64,000 nucleotides of DNA. It comes from Catajapyx aquilonaris (taxonomy: Eukaryota). The stretch is taken from contig JYFJ02001709.1 in assembly GCA_000934665.2 (NCBI GenBank), positions 1 to 64,000 on the forward strand, read 5' to 3'. Under the pieces are notes generated by a model. The model worked only from the letters and a program-made list of their open reading frames with translations, was not told where the DNA came from and did not search any database. A program made the translations under genes and the position numbers. Of the stretch, positions 47,201 through 60,302 are shown piece by piece. How positions within the stretch are numbered: the stretch's first letter is position 1; each line of letters starts with the position of its first letter.

Positions 47201-50200
47201 CACCACCAACCTGCTCAGGGTAGCCTCCCCTCAGTCTGGTGACAATGTCCAATGTTTTGATGCTTTCCGCTACCAGAAACTTAATGCGCTGTCCCACTAC
47301 TGCGCTGACACCTCCCAACGCCATCTTTTTTTGCTCTCTCACCTGACTGTTTATGGAGACTGGCCCTTAACTGAACATACAAGACAGTTGAAGGAACGTG
47401 TGGGATAAGTTTGATATTTGTGTAACTTGTGTATGATTTGTTAAAAAATAAAGTCCGGGAATGACTTGAACACCCCTCGTACCCGGTGTTAGGGCCCTGG
47501 GGGCCCTTTTAAGGGGGTGGAATACCACCTGTTTTATTTTTATTTTCCAATCAATTTTTCTTGATTTTTCTTGATCACCTATGCAGGGAAGAAAGGACAT
47601 GAGGTACGGATGGGAATTTCTGGGGAGGAGGCAGGGGTGCAGGTGCAATGTCGTTATGTCAGGGTCATGTGCAGTCTCCCTGACAGTTAGGTTGCTAGAC
47701 GCCTCCAAGGAGCGGGTCAGATACCCTCCTGACGCAGTGAACTCCCGGGCGAGGTCTGAACCCAGGACCTTTCACACAGCAAGCCAAGACATTACCGTCT
47801 CGGCCACCATGCCACCCCCTATTACATTTCATTATTAATTATTGAATGCATTTTCCCCTACTTTTGTGAGTAAATTTTTGAATGTTAATAATTTCCATAG
47901 TAATGCTGTTGTTTCACCCGTACAGATCACAATTGTGAGATTGGAGTCCTAGTTGACCTGAACAGTCCTTCTGATCCCATGAACGCACCAGCAATGCCCC
48001 TGAACCTGGTCAGGAGGCTCAGCCTGCCTGCAGAAGAAGATGACCCTTGGGGTATCTTCCCTACCAAGGTGCCAATATTGGACAGCAGTGGCCATAAGAA
48101 CTCCACAAAAACGCTGCTTGGGGCTCCAAGGACTGGCAGTCCCTGCCGATTGAAAGTGAAATCCCACAGTGATTTGGGCGACAACAGAATCACTGGAGAT
48201 GACACCTTGCTCAGTGGAATCTTAGAAGATGAGACTTTTCCTGAGTGTTCTGAACTAGAGGAGGATGACAAAGAGAATGATATTATGTCCCGTTGCAAGA
48301 CTTTCCTCCGTTCAGTGAAGGTACTCAATCCTTTAATTGCTAATGAAACATGTAGGGTAATCCAACTGATTTCATTTATCAGTTACCCAAGACAGTGATT
48401 TTGATGGGGCAATTTTCCACAGGCATTTAATTTTAGGGGTCTCTCCCAGGAAGAGATAGCTGAGACGAGTTAGGAGTTAAGCTAAATGAATGCCTTTCAC
48501 TCAATTACCATATAAGGGGACCACTAAGTATGGCTGATGACAGTGGCTCATCTGACTTTCCCCCCTTTCTCTGTTGCAAACAAACAAACAGTGCTAGATC
48601 ATTATTAGGACCAAACTTTCAAATCAAGGTGGTGTACTTGAGTGTATCAGTTTGGTTGAATTGATCTCTCCACGTTAGTTATAATTCCAATCTCAGGCTC
48701 AGCCTGGTGTCTCATTCCTGGCAGATTTGCTTATTTATAAATACGAGTAGTACATGACAAGAAGCAATAATAATAATTTTTCTGCATTTGTTATGCAGGC
48801 TAGAAATAGTTTGGTGAACTCCAACCTTCCTCCAGAAAAACTCACTCAAGTGGAGAGAGAGGCTCAGCAGGTAGTTAACAATATCTCAGGAACACCAATG
48901 GCTGAATCCTTGGAGCTGGGTCTTCTTGGTCTAAGGTTGAGTTCCAAACCAGATAAAGAAGCTGCTCCAGGCACCCCTCTGCACCGATTTAGGATGTTCT
49001 GCAAACTCAACTTCAGCTCTTCAGGGTCTGACGAGGACAAGCACAGCATACAAGAAGAGAAGGTGGAGGAGCCACAACCCAAAGTTGCCATTGAGGCACA
49101 GGAATGCCGGGCTACACAGCCAAGGCAGATGGCCATGCCTGCGAACATAGCCAAGGTTGGCCTTGCTTATGTTTGTTTGTTTGTACTGTAATTAATTAAT
49201 TACATGAGGAGTTTTTGCATGGCTCATCACAGACTGTGGGCAAGCATGTCTTACCTGACAATATGGGCATTTATCATCAAACAGGCACCACGCAGTCGCT
49301 CACTGGTGAGGTCAAAGCAGCCTGCAACTTTTAGTCGAGGACCATTGAGAGCTACCCTTCCAGCGGCACAAATGGTCAAAGAGACTGCCAAAGGTATGAT
49401 TCTAGTAAGTGTTGAGAGCAGTCAGTATGAACTCTTACCATGCCTTCCTTTTTCAGCTCCAGTCAAGTCAAAGTCTCCAGTTAAGAGGGTGACCCGTGTC
49501 ACTTTTTCCAATCGTTCAAGCGTCACTGCACCTGCAGGTGCGTCTGCTGGAAAGGCGACCACACCCACAAGTCAGCCAGCTAGGAGAAGCCTTATAGGAA
49601 GCAAGGTAGTCATATTAATAAATTATAAATTTGTTATTTTCTAGATTTGCTGCTAAGGCTGATGATGATATGATAATCTGGGGATTACATTCACCCCTAT
49701 TGTGGTATATAGCATGAAACCTACATTATTATCATTACATATGTGTACAGTGCTGGACATTAATGGTGTTGTACTGATGGTGCCATGAGCCACTGGCAGT
49801 AAAAGAGTGAATCGAAGTTATGTATTAGTTGCAAATTTGTCACTTCGATTAACTCTTGCCACCAGTTGTTTGTGTTGCCATCTGTATGTGAGAGGGAAAG
49901 CTTCTCAAAGCTCCTGTGTAGTTTTTGAGTCATTTCAGATCACAATAAATGTGAACCTTTTGGCCCTGGACAAAGAATGGAATGCAATTCTGTCTGGCCA
50001 TGTTGGTGAAATGAGAAAAATACCACCAAGTGAAGGTGACTCGGAAAGGATCTGATCCTAGAACCCCCTGCTTGGCTAGCCTGTGGCATAACCATTAGAG
50101 TATTAGACTAGTCCATCATGCCCCGCGAGATGATTATCTTGTGTAGTGAACAATGAGACGATCATAATTTACCTGATATTTTAATCACCAATTTTTGTTG

Positions 50201-50477
50201 CAGCCTGTTTCTGTGACCACCACCATGAAGCCGCCATCTCCATTCAGGAAGAGGTTTGACTCCTCACCTAACAAGTACGGACGGTCAGATTCTCTAGGGA
50301 CTAAGGCTGTTACGAAGCCCCGTCGCCACTCAACTACTCCCCAGGCATCTAGTGGTGGATCTGTTACTAAAAGATAGTGAGTCATTTTGTTTTTTAAAAA
50401 TTAATCAGGCAATATATAATGAAAATATTCTCTCCATTTTAAAACATTTCAGCTCCTATATGGGGTCGGCTATATGA
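44257..50477 (+). CDS. Disordered, basic S/T/P-rich protein with GTSE1/PSRC1-like features
   Basis: Exons ~44257-44281, 47926-48320, 48799-49155, ~49285-49393, ~49458-49605, 50204-50376 and 50453-50477 join in frame. Acidic N-terminal half, LPPEKLTQVEREAQQVVNNI helix, K/R/S/T/P-rich tail with many SP/TP sites. The gene is well supported; the family identity is tentative. Confidence 0.7.
44435..44870 (+). mobile_element. Tigger4 (Zombi)-like non-autonomous element
   Basis: Left GAGAATCCTTCATCTGAAAT..CTCCAAAATCC..TTTTTAAGTGCTGACATGA..GGAAAATTCC; right CGAAATCCGAAAAACT..GTCCCAAGTATTTCGGATAGAGGATTCTCAACTG-TA. Confidence 0.7.
45062..45388. mobile_element. Tigger/pogo-like MITE
   Basis: TA-CAGGAAGTCCC...TACGAATG and CATTCGTAGACTGGGGACTTCCTG-TA. 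A related end fragment lies at ~24848. Confidence 0.8.
45845..46578. mobile_element. Palindromic mariner derivative made of two inverted 5' ends
   Basis: TA-flanked; inverted arms of ~300 bp, each encoding a mariner N-terminal HTH (EIHTRMRAVYGDTCVAYSTVKDWVRHFRRGR). Confidence 0.88.
46590..47479 (-). mobile_element. Internally deleted mariner (DD34D-type) element
   Basis: TIRs (C/T)GAGGGGT..TTCAAGTCATTCCCGGACTTTATTTTTTAACAAATCA with TA TSD. Minus-strand fragments RHVTVRELVQMTEISCGRVETILHEHL and LLQDNARPHTA..HPPYSPDLAPSDFHLF are fused, with the central region missing. Confidence 0.92.
47490..47818 (-). mobile_element. Degenerate tRNA-derived SINE (second family)
   Basis: Minus-strand head GGTGGCATGGTGGCCGAGACGGTAA...GTCCTGGGTTCAGACC. 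3' segment GGTGGTATTCCACCCCC is also present at ~28665. Confidence 0.6.
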
Positions 50478-52902
50478 AGGCTTTTCTGCATATATTTTGC
50501 AGGAGGTAGGATTAAATTTCACATTGCAGCTTTGCATAAAATCATCACGTCTTGTTTTTTTTTGGCATGTCCTTAATACTTAATTGGATGCTCGTATATG
50601 CCAGGCTGTGAGAGCTTTTCTAAGTTGAGCGATAATTGAGACTGATTCTTCAAGGGTATTGCATTTTATTGGTGAAAGTTTTGAACCAATTCCATATATT
50701 TTTTGCAAATTATTAAGAAGGTGTTGCCAATGCAGGGGAGACATTTTTTTGTACAATTATAATTGTATTTTTAAATGTCTCCCCGGCTGGCAACATCTTA
50801 ATATAATGTCATTCCGGCAAAAAAAAAAAAAAAATCCTCTTACCAGTCCTCTTGATAAACTTGTAACTGCATCATGTTGTTTTCGTTTATGATTTTGTCA
50901 GCAGAATTAAAAGGGTTTTACAATGCTGTGTTGTTTTTTTGTGTGTGTGTATGAAACTTTAACACTGTATTTTCCTGAGGAAAGTTTTTTTCAAATGTGA
51001 GCAGATGCCATTCTACACTGTTTTTTTTTTTCCTAACATGTTTCTTGTTGTTTTACATGAAAATAAGTCGTACTAGGGTGATACATAATGTGAAATGTGT
51101 TTATTGCCTGATGATATCAGGTCTCCTTTTCATGAACAAACTCAGGAATGTGTTTCATACTCGACATGAACAGGCATTATTGCCCAGGAGTGTGCACTGT
51201 GAAGGGACCAAGATTTGCCTTTCTGACAAAATAGCAGGTAGTCTTCCAGTTATGGATCAAAATGAACAGCAGAGACTGGTGTGATTAATACAAGATGTTG
51301 GAAAAGGTGCACACTTCCTCTTCAATCTAGGTTCATGGGATCATTGTTGGCTTCATTGCAGGGGAGATTCCTTGCGACAAACAACCTGGAGGAACTCACA
51401 AAATGACCAAGTTGTGGCATTGTGCTTGTATTCCCCTCCCATTCACCCTACCCTGCCTGGGCTCTTCAGCTTAAAGGGTTCAAGGGCTAGACTAAGCTGT
51501 CTGTACAGTATAGGCCCTACCTTTTAAAGTACTTTGAATAATAAAGAAATGTTTCCACATCCATTGTAGTAATTTTTGCAAACAGGAACTGTACTGTTAT
51601 GGATTGATTTATCCATATATGACAGTACTGTTGAAGTTCTAGGGACTAGTGACTTGTAACGACTTGTTTGTCAACTTATTGCCTAGACTCTAGAAGTCTA
51701 GACTATTGTATATGCAGTGGACAATAATGGACAAAAAAAATCAGCAATTATTGCTGATTTTTTTTAAAGGAATAAGAAGGAAATTGTTCAAAGGGATTGA
51801 AATGTGCCTTTTGTCCTTACCAGTTAGTGTTCTCTACTTCTCTTACTGTTAGACGGGCACAGTTCTCATTTTCCTTGGAACTAGCTAGGTAGCTGTCAGA
51901 GCAATATGTAGTCCTGTACTAGTAATTTTTTTAAATATGGTAAATCTGGACAAGGTTCAGGGTCGCTTGCCGATTGCCAACATGAGAACTGAACCTGGAC
52001 TACTAGAACATGTTTATAGTTGTATGGATCATTTAATATGAGGAGAATCCAGCAAAAACATTACCAATTTTATTCTTGGTGTCCTGTACCTTATTTTGGT
52101 TGTCCATTTAATGATCATCTCAATTTTCTCCCCTTTTAAAAACATGAATGATTCCAAGTAGCAAACAAATGGGCAGCCTCTCTCTCTCTTCCCTGGCAAT
52201 TGATCCTTTCCAAGTAATATTATGTGTACCAGAAAAGGGTTATAACTCTTATAAGAAATTGGGGAACCTGTGCAGAACATTTCAAAATACTGTTTGACAA
52301 GGAAAAATTTTCTCGGGTAATAATATTGTTTCTATAAGGTCTTTCGCCACTGATTCCAAATCTGTAATTAGAATTGAGTTGTCAGGCACAGTTTTGAGAT
52401 ATATCGTTTTATAAAGTTTGGAATGGTTCATAATCAAGTGGGCCTTCACCAAGATCACCAAAATTGCACAATACCATGATGATGGAAAAAATCGCAAAAA
52501 TCTGGAAATGGCTGAAAATGAGGCCTTTTTTGTAGAATTTTTTTCGTTTACTGTAAGTGGTCCAAACCCAGTGAACATATAGGCTATAATATCAAAAGAA
52601 AGAGAAACGCCACGAAAATGCCCCTATGCAATTGGTTTTCCTCTAAAATGTAAAAACAATTTTTTTGAGCATTTCATAGGTCACTTGCTCAGTCACATGC
52701 CCAACAATTGTGACCTGAACAATAATTAGTGATGTATTTGCGTTACATCAGTCGCATTTGGTGACACTAGTTGTGACTGACATAAGGTTCAGTATGTTGA
52801 GTTGGAGGCCTGGGTCATCCATGGTTTGCGAGAAAATAATATAATTATTATATGTTTTGCAGATGTACAGTTATTTTCACTCTTCTACAAACCCTTACGC
52901 TC

Positions 52903-53131
52903 TTTCTGAAGATGTGAATAGTGATTCCTATAGTACTTTTCGCTCTGATTCCATATTTGTACTTAGAATTGTGCTGTCAGGCACAGTTTTTGAGATATAC
53001 TGCATTTACTAATAGAGTATCAATGGGTAAATGCAGCATATCTCAAAAACTGTGCCTGACAGCACAATTCTAAGTATAGATATGGAATCAGCGAAAAGTA
53101 CTATTGGAATCACTATTCACATCTTCAGAAA
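52903..53131. mobile_element. Palindromic MITE-like element (related partial copy at ~52340-52410)
   Basis: Near-perfect inverted arms of ~105 bp (CTTAGAATTGTGCTGTCAGGCACAGTTTTTGAGATAT mirrored). Confidence 0.8.
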
Positions 53132-56100
53132 ATAGAAAAAAGTGTAATTTTGTAGAACACTGTTATTTATGTAAAGTGTTATGATTTATAATGATATGAT
53201 AGTGTACGTACATCACCTTCTACATGAGTATGTGTTCCACACTGTGGATGAAATAATTTAATGAAGTGAAACTTGTAGTCCAGAGCTATTTAATAAGTTT
53301 AGGTCTAGAAATATAGCAGACCACGGTGGAGGAGTGTGTGTACAGTATATGCAGCAGACCTTGTGTGGCACCTACATCAGAGTTACTAACACACCCCTTC
53401 AGTGTCACAATATTACATGGTAGTACATGTACTGTACAACAATATCCTAATTTTTTTTAAACCATATACAGTACCAGAAAGAAGAAATAAAGGGTGAGAC
53501 TATTCTTCACAGATGATGCATTTAATATTAATTTTTTCTGTTGGGTAGTCTCAGATTTTGCTTGCTGGTGATGTACATTATTTTGATTGTTATGAGGGAA
53601 AATGCTGAGTAGGGTGATGGTACCAGTACAGTACTACTTATTCTCTCCTACGTATTATAGTAGAATCCTGTTGCTGGGATGGAGAGGTTATTAGATCCAT
53701 ATCTAGAAGCAGTCAAAACCTAAATGTGGTAATTAATTTTCAGAGAGTAGAATGCAATCAAATATTGAAAAGCTCTGCAATAGTCGTAAATTATGTCGAG
53801 GACGATTCACAGTACTGCACAGTAGCTCTTGTCATTTTTTCTTCAATCTTTCTTCACTCGTCACATGCTGTAGCGCATATCTGGCGAATGCAGTTGTCAA
53901 TTGCATTATGAAACAGTGAATCTGAGCTGTAAAAAAAGGGGGGGGGGGGATACTTATTAGAATACTTCATTGTGTACTCAATTACACCAAAATGGGTTGA
54001 CGGGGAAGCCGATTGTCCATGAACCTGTTGTGCCAATGGTTTTACTATTGATTCAATCAAAGAATAGTAACGCGCGTCACAAAGGACAACAATTAAATAA
54101 ATAATTACAGGCCCGTGACGTCAGTGCCATTCTCTGCTTGAATGAATAATAAGAGTGTAGCCATTAATCACGTTACGTACATAAAGTATTGTAACGCTAC
54201 TCACAGTGTTTTGCGAAAAAAAAGTAATGTCACAATGCAGGACAAAATTTACCTTGGACCACTTGGCAAAATGTGCAACAGTTGCTTAAAATCTTATAGA
54301 AAGACTGCCACTTTTGTGTAATATTTCCCTACCTATTTTTCGGTGAAAGGTTAACCTACATAAGTGTTTGTTCGAACAGCCGAAAACAATCGTTGATTAT
54401 TTGCATCATTCAGTGGGAGACGAACTGTAAAATGTGGGACGCACAAACCATGACATTAGATTTTGGAAGACGAAGCACGATCGCTTAACCAAATATGGGC
54501 GCCATCAGGATTGCAATTGTAAAAAAAATTACGAGTCATGTTAGGCCATTCATTGCGAGTGTGAGGGATTTTTTGGATGTTCGTCAGCAAACAGCTCTTG
54601 CATTGGTGTGTATAGAGCAGATGAGAGTCAAAAGGGCTGCCAGGAAACGAGGCGAAACTTGTTTAGATGACCCACATTACGAAATCTTCGGATTACCCAC
54701 CTCCTCACTCCCTCTTCACATCCACACCCACACATTCATGGATGTGAAAACACCTTGAAAGGAATTTCAAGGCCTCTGGAAGAAAGGGAAACTGGAAAAC
54801 TTTACTTTCTAGCAGCTGGAGACTTGTGGGGAGGGTGCTGGGGGAGATGAAGCGAATTGTGGGACAATGTTACATGCCAGATTGTGGTTAGAAACAATTG
54901 GCACCCAACGGTGTCTCAGGAAAGCCCTCAAATTCTTCAGCTCGATTGTCTATGCTGCAGAGCAAAATAATAAAAACACTATTACAAAATCAAACCACAT
55001 AGGGCCAGTGGTTTTTCTGTTGCCATGATGCTCAATCACGAATTAGGAGCCAAACAGCCATTACAATCTTGGACTATATTATGGCGCTACTACATCAAAT
55101 GTGGTTGAAGCACATTTCTCATCGTGAGTCTTCCTCATTTTTATATTTGAAAAAGCGAGTTTGCAGAAACATTATGCAGATGAGGGCGTGTCCTCCTTTT
55201 TCTACTAATGGTCAGTTGACGTGAATGAGTAGCTAATAACTCTTTCCACGTGACCGCTTATTTACACCGCGACGCATACGCACGTGAGCATTAATATTTT
55301 GGACGAATTTTTTGGAACCTCGAGGGGTTGTTAGCATATCGTGAAAGTGAGACCTAAACTAACAGTTTGTATAGTCACCCGCCCGACCCGAGACAGACCG
55401 TGTCATTTATTTTTAATTGCGCGATTCGGAGCAAGACACAGGAGGTTGAGGGGCAATGGAGGGGCCTCTGCAACCAAGCCCTGGTTTCCCTTCCTCCATT
55501 TCGCAACCTGGGCCCAGCAGAACTCGGGTGATGCAACCCCATCTGACTCCTGCTGGTGCTGCTCCTATGCGCTGCCTGTTTGCTTGTTTCTGGTTTCTCT
55601 TATATTCCCATTCCTGTTAGCTGCTTTACGATGCAACCTCGGGTAATCGGCAGTTCATTACCTCGCCCTGCATACCTTATTTTGCGTTGTATTTACTTTC
55701 TGGTTTGCAGCACTTGGTTCATGTTACTGGAGCTGTCGCTGAAGGGAGGTCAAGTCAAAATGTTGGCACACAAATTATAAATGGAGTGATACTGATGAGT
55801 CAAACAAGGAAGATGTAACTTACCCACATAAAGTATATGTAAGTTGTGGTCAATATACCAATGTCAAAAATGTCGCTAAGGTCGATTATTTTTTGTCAAA
55901 TGCATTTTTTCAAAATTCAACCAGGTAACTGCAAAAGAATATGTATAGGCTATACCCACAACCTATAGTTTATGAAATGAGAGAAAAATTTTGAATTTTG
56001 GTAGGTTTTGTGCGAATTTGTCGCATTTTTCAAGTGAACTGTACTATACAAAAGCTACGAAATACAACATTTCGATGGTCTCAGTGTGAACCACTGCTAC

Positions 56101-59100
56101 AGATAACTGGTAGGCTTCTCATGCGCCGTTGCCTATGGCCCTAATTTCCTAATGGTATTTTTTCCCCCTTTTTTTGCAATGGACTGCTTATGCCATACTA
56201 AAAATACTCGTAATTTCCCTTTCTTAAACCTTATGGCTCACCCTTCACGGCCAGCTACACAATACGTTGTTGCAATAATGCAATGCATCTAATATTAAGG
56301 TGTGAGAAAACGCCCTGGTTGCGCAGGTCGTGCTGTTAACTCTCTGACCTTTGTCTATTGAGCCTATCGGTCGATGGTTTTTCCACACGAATAGACCCCA
56401 TTGCCTTGACTTGAACAACGGGCAATGAACGACCGCGAAAGAGCGTGCGACCTATTCTAATGTAGGTCTCTGCTCCATATAGCATTATCAAGAAGCATTG
56501 TTGGAGAAGTAATCGACCCCTCTTGTTAACCAGCATATTTTGATTCGTGACCGTATTAACAAAAACACCTTCGCAATAATGTGATACTGTCACTTCCTGA
56601 AAGAGAAATCAACCAGAAATACTAGTTCGACAGTCATAACCGCGACGATTGCATAACCGCGAAGATGCTTCCTTCTTTGTTGGAAACTGCAAAACAACCC
56701 AACAGCACAAAGACTTTTTGGGTCCGCGATGATCCGACATGTGCTTCGCAACCGGAGTCTCTGGTGCTGCAAGTGTCGTCACAAGACGAACAACACTGCA
56801 TAGTGTGTTGTCGTTTAAAAAAAAAGTGGTATGCAAAAATCTGGAAAGGCCTAACGGAGTTATAAGGAGCTGAGGGGGAGAGAGTTGACGTCACATGTTG
56901 CTCCACTGACCTCTTCTTCGAGCCCGGAAGACACTGGAGCTGCGAAAGTATGTTAGTAAAAGTGAAAATGACGGCTACCTTTTTATCACCCGCCGCCTCA
57001 GAGAGTCGCCTGACCTCCAAGAGGACTCCTTATTTCTGAACTTTGGCTCACGGGGAATTCTAGTGACTTGTGTGCACTCTGGACTCTTTTCCGGGAATCG
57101 CAATTGCTGCCTGCATTGAAGAAGGTAAAGTGGACTTATTGTGTATATCGGAATATTTTATGCTTTGTTGCGCAATATCCCCAATAGTATAGCGGATAGT
57201 GGACCGCGCCCGTTGCCTTTTCATTTTTCCCCCCTTTGTAATACCCGTGACCGGTGTGCATACATAAAGCGAAACGAGGTTCCTATAATGTATTCTCTAC
57301 CTTGACAAATCTCGATTACCTCATATCTAGCTAATACCATTGTCGCACGCCCTTTGCCACATTATTTACATCTGTATGAAATTCAAATTGCTCTTCCAAG
57401 GAGACTGCTCCAAGTTGGCTCAGAAGACACAGCGGGGGTCGTTTGTTTTGCGAAATGTGCATGTAAATGTAATAATTACGTAAAATTATTCGGCTCAAAA
57501 GTAATCACGAAACTGACATTAGTACAGGGAATGAAAAGTATGACTTATTAATTTATTCATTCATTCACTTATTTCACGTGCCTGACAGAATACTTGGCAC
57601 TGACTGTGAGTGGTGGTCAATTTTGCACGAGTCGACTGTCCATTTCAGAAAAAAATAAGGCTGATCCAGAATTATATTACACATTAAACTAATAGTAATG
57701 GGCAATATCAATAATCTATAATCACTCGTTTTACAGACCATTAACGTGGGATGCTTGCTTCATATTGATTGAATGCATGGATGTTTGGTCGTTTAGTGGT
57801 CATTCCAGTGGCCACTTTGGCGAATGGTTGTGGCTTGGGTCTCCCCAGCACCAGAAATAAACTCATGTGGCTCACCAATAGCTACTATGTATTTACTGAG
57901 TGGAGACGACTACAACTGTATATACCGTCACAATAACTGTTTAAAATTATTAATTTTTGTACTGGACGTGAAGGTCTGAAACGTTTATATTTTGGCAGTT
58001 CTGAATGTGAAAACATTGAAATATTGTCGAGGAGAGTACTGTAGATGTTCCTGAAATCACATAGAATGCACCATAAGAAATAAATTATGTGGAATATGCA
58101 GCAAATGACGCACGTAACCTACAATAAGCCTGCGGTAAATCCTGCACGCCTGCTATATAGCCTCTTTCGGATCCACTGTTTGCTGCATTATTTTAGCTAG
58201 AGCGGGCCAGTTGTAACAGTCCAAAATACCTGTCACAGTTATCACTCTCGGCAATTAGGCTTTGCCATTGTTGGAGGGTCAGCTCGGATTTCTGATGGAT
58301 GTTTTTAGCATGTTTTGTATAAAGGTATTCAGTATACTGCTGCAACAATTGCGGAAAAACGTAACATTACACCGCAGTGTCCACTGTCCATTATTATTCT
58401 GATTAGTTTTGTGCCATCAGCAGTTGAATCTCCAGATTTCCGAGTTATTAATGAACAAAATTGTTCATATTAATAATTCATTGCACCAGTGGTGGATTTA
58501 AATGCAAAGCGTCATGGTCTCGATGTTGAAATTTTTGCTGGATGTAAAAATAATATCTGTCTAATATTGTCCTAGCGCAACCTCTCCTCATTGACTCTGA
58601 CTACAATGCAACTTGTATGTATATATTAGGCATGCAAATACCATACAGTTGCGGTATATGGCAGGTTACAACAGCAGGGGTGAGGCCGAGTGCCCAACTC
58701 ATATACCGACAGCGTATAACTATGCATTAATGACTCGATTACACTTTCATTGCAACATTCCGTGTACACTCTTTCCAAGTCGATATTATCAGTTTGGCGA
58801 TAACAATACAGTACACCCAACGCGCTCATTGTCCTCTGGAGTTAATTTTGTTCGTTCAAGTCTGGTGGTATTGACTCAGAGTGACGAAATGAAGAGAATC
58901 GTGCAAAAGTAGTGACGTCCTCTGATATGAAGTTATTATACGCACGTTATGTCCGAAATTTTTAAAATTCATGCTTTGAATACGCATATGGTCGTGGGGA
59001 CGTGGGGTCCATTTTTCCGTTAATAAAGTAATAGCAATTGGGACTGTCAGGTGTCCAGTGATGATTAGCATCGAATGACTGTGGTCCGCGTGCTAGAAAT

Positions 59101-60302
59101 ATTGGAGTAACGCTGTGAAAGTTGGGGTATCGCAAGTGTCGCAACATTGTTTCAAACGTCACTTGCTGTACCCTCCACCTGTCTGTGTTCATGTGCTTCG
59201 CAGTCACATGCACGATAGCTTGACCTTGGCTCTTGGAAGTAGGACTTGTTGGGAGCATGTCTTGGCCGCTGTGAGATGTGCAATGCAAGACGAACTAGCT
59301 CTGACATGACTCCCATGGCCGTCAGGTGGTAACAAGTTCCTAAGCGTGACTAAAGACTCGTTTATTTCTAGCCCACAGATCGATGATTAGCTTATTGATC
59401 TTATTTCTTCGGGGGTGCGGCGTCATGTATTGGTGAGAAACATGTTTGCTCTATCGTAAGTTACAGTTTGGGGGGGGGGGAATGTCAGAATCTTCCCTGG
59501 TTATACAATTGATGAGTACTTAGGACTATTTACTCCGCTGCGATTAGTCAAGTCAAAATCTGTAATCAGAGCTCTCAAGTCAGTCAAGTCAAGACATATA
59601 AAATAGTTTCGTGTCCAGCAGAAGTTATATCAGGTTAAACGTCATTATTGCTTCTACGTGTGTAACTACTGTCCTTGTGCTGTATTAGAATCCTTTAATT
59701 AGCAAAATGCTGATGATTTAAATCTTTGCAAAAATTGCGTGGCGGGACAAAATGCCAAATATTGACTGGATTGAGCTCATCCATGCTTGCCTACCACACA
59801 TCAAAATATTTGAAGTCAAGCAACTAAGAATTTTGATAATTTTAATTTGTTTACCATAGTCATTACTTGAGCCTTACTATTTTACTTCGCCATATAGACA
59901 CACATGACACTGCAAATATTCTGCATGCGTGCTTTTCGAGTAATTTGTACGTACAGTGTTGTTGTGACGAAGACCGACTGTGATAAGAAGGGAATGAGAT
60001 GGGATATGAAATCACGAAGACTGGGACGTCATTTATTATGCAAATTGTAGGGAAAAGGGTCCTGTTATAGGTTCCCGGCATGTTTTTTTTAAAGATTCGA
60101 GATTTCGAGATTAGCGGTAGTATACTACAGCTGACGATCTTGTCATCTACAGTATTGTAAGATAATAGGCCTATTTACGGGTTTGATTCTTTAGGATTTA
60201 GGTCTTGAGGGTGGCCATAACCTTATGCTATGGCTTGCTCTACTGACGATAGCCATTGCAGTAGGCCTAATACATGGTGCGGTGTTGTACATAATATTAT
60301 GC

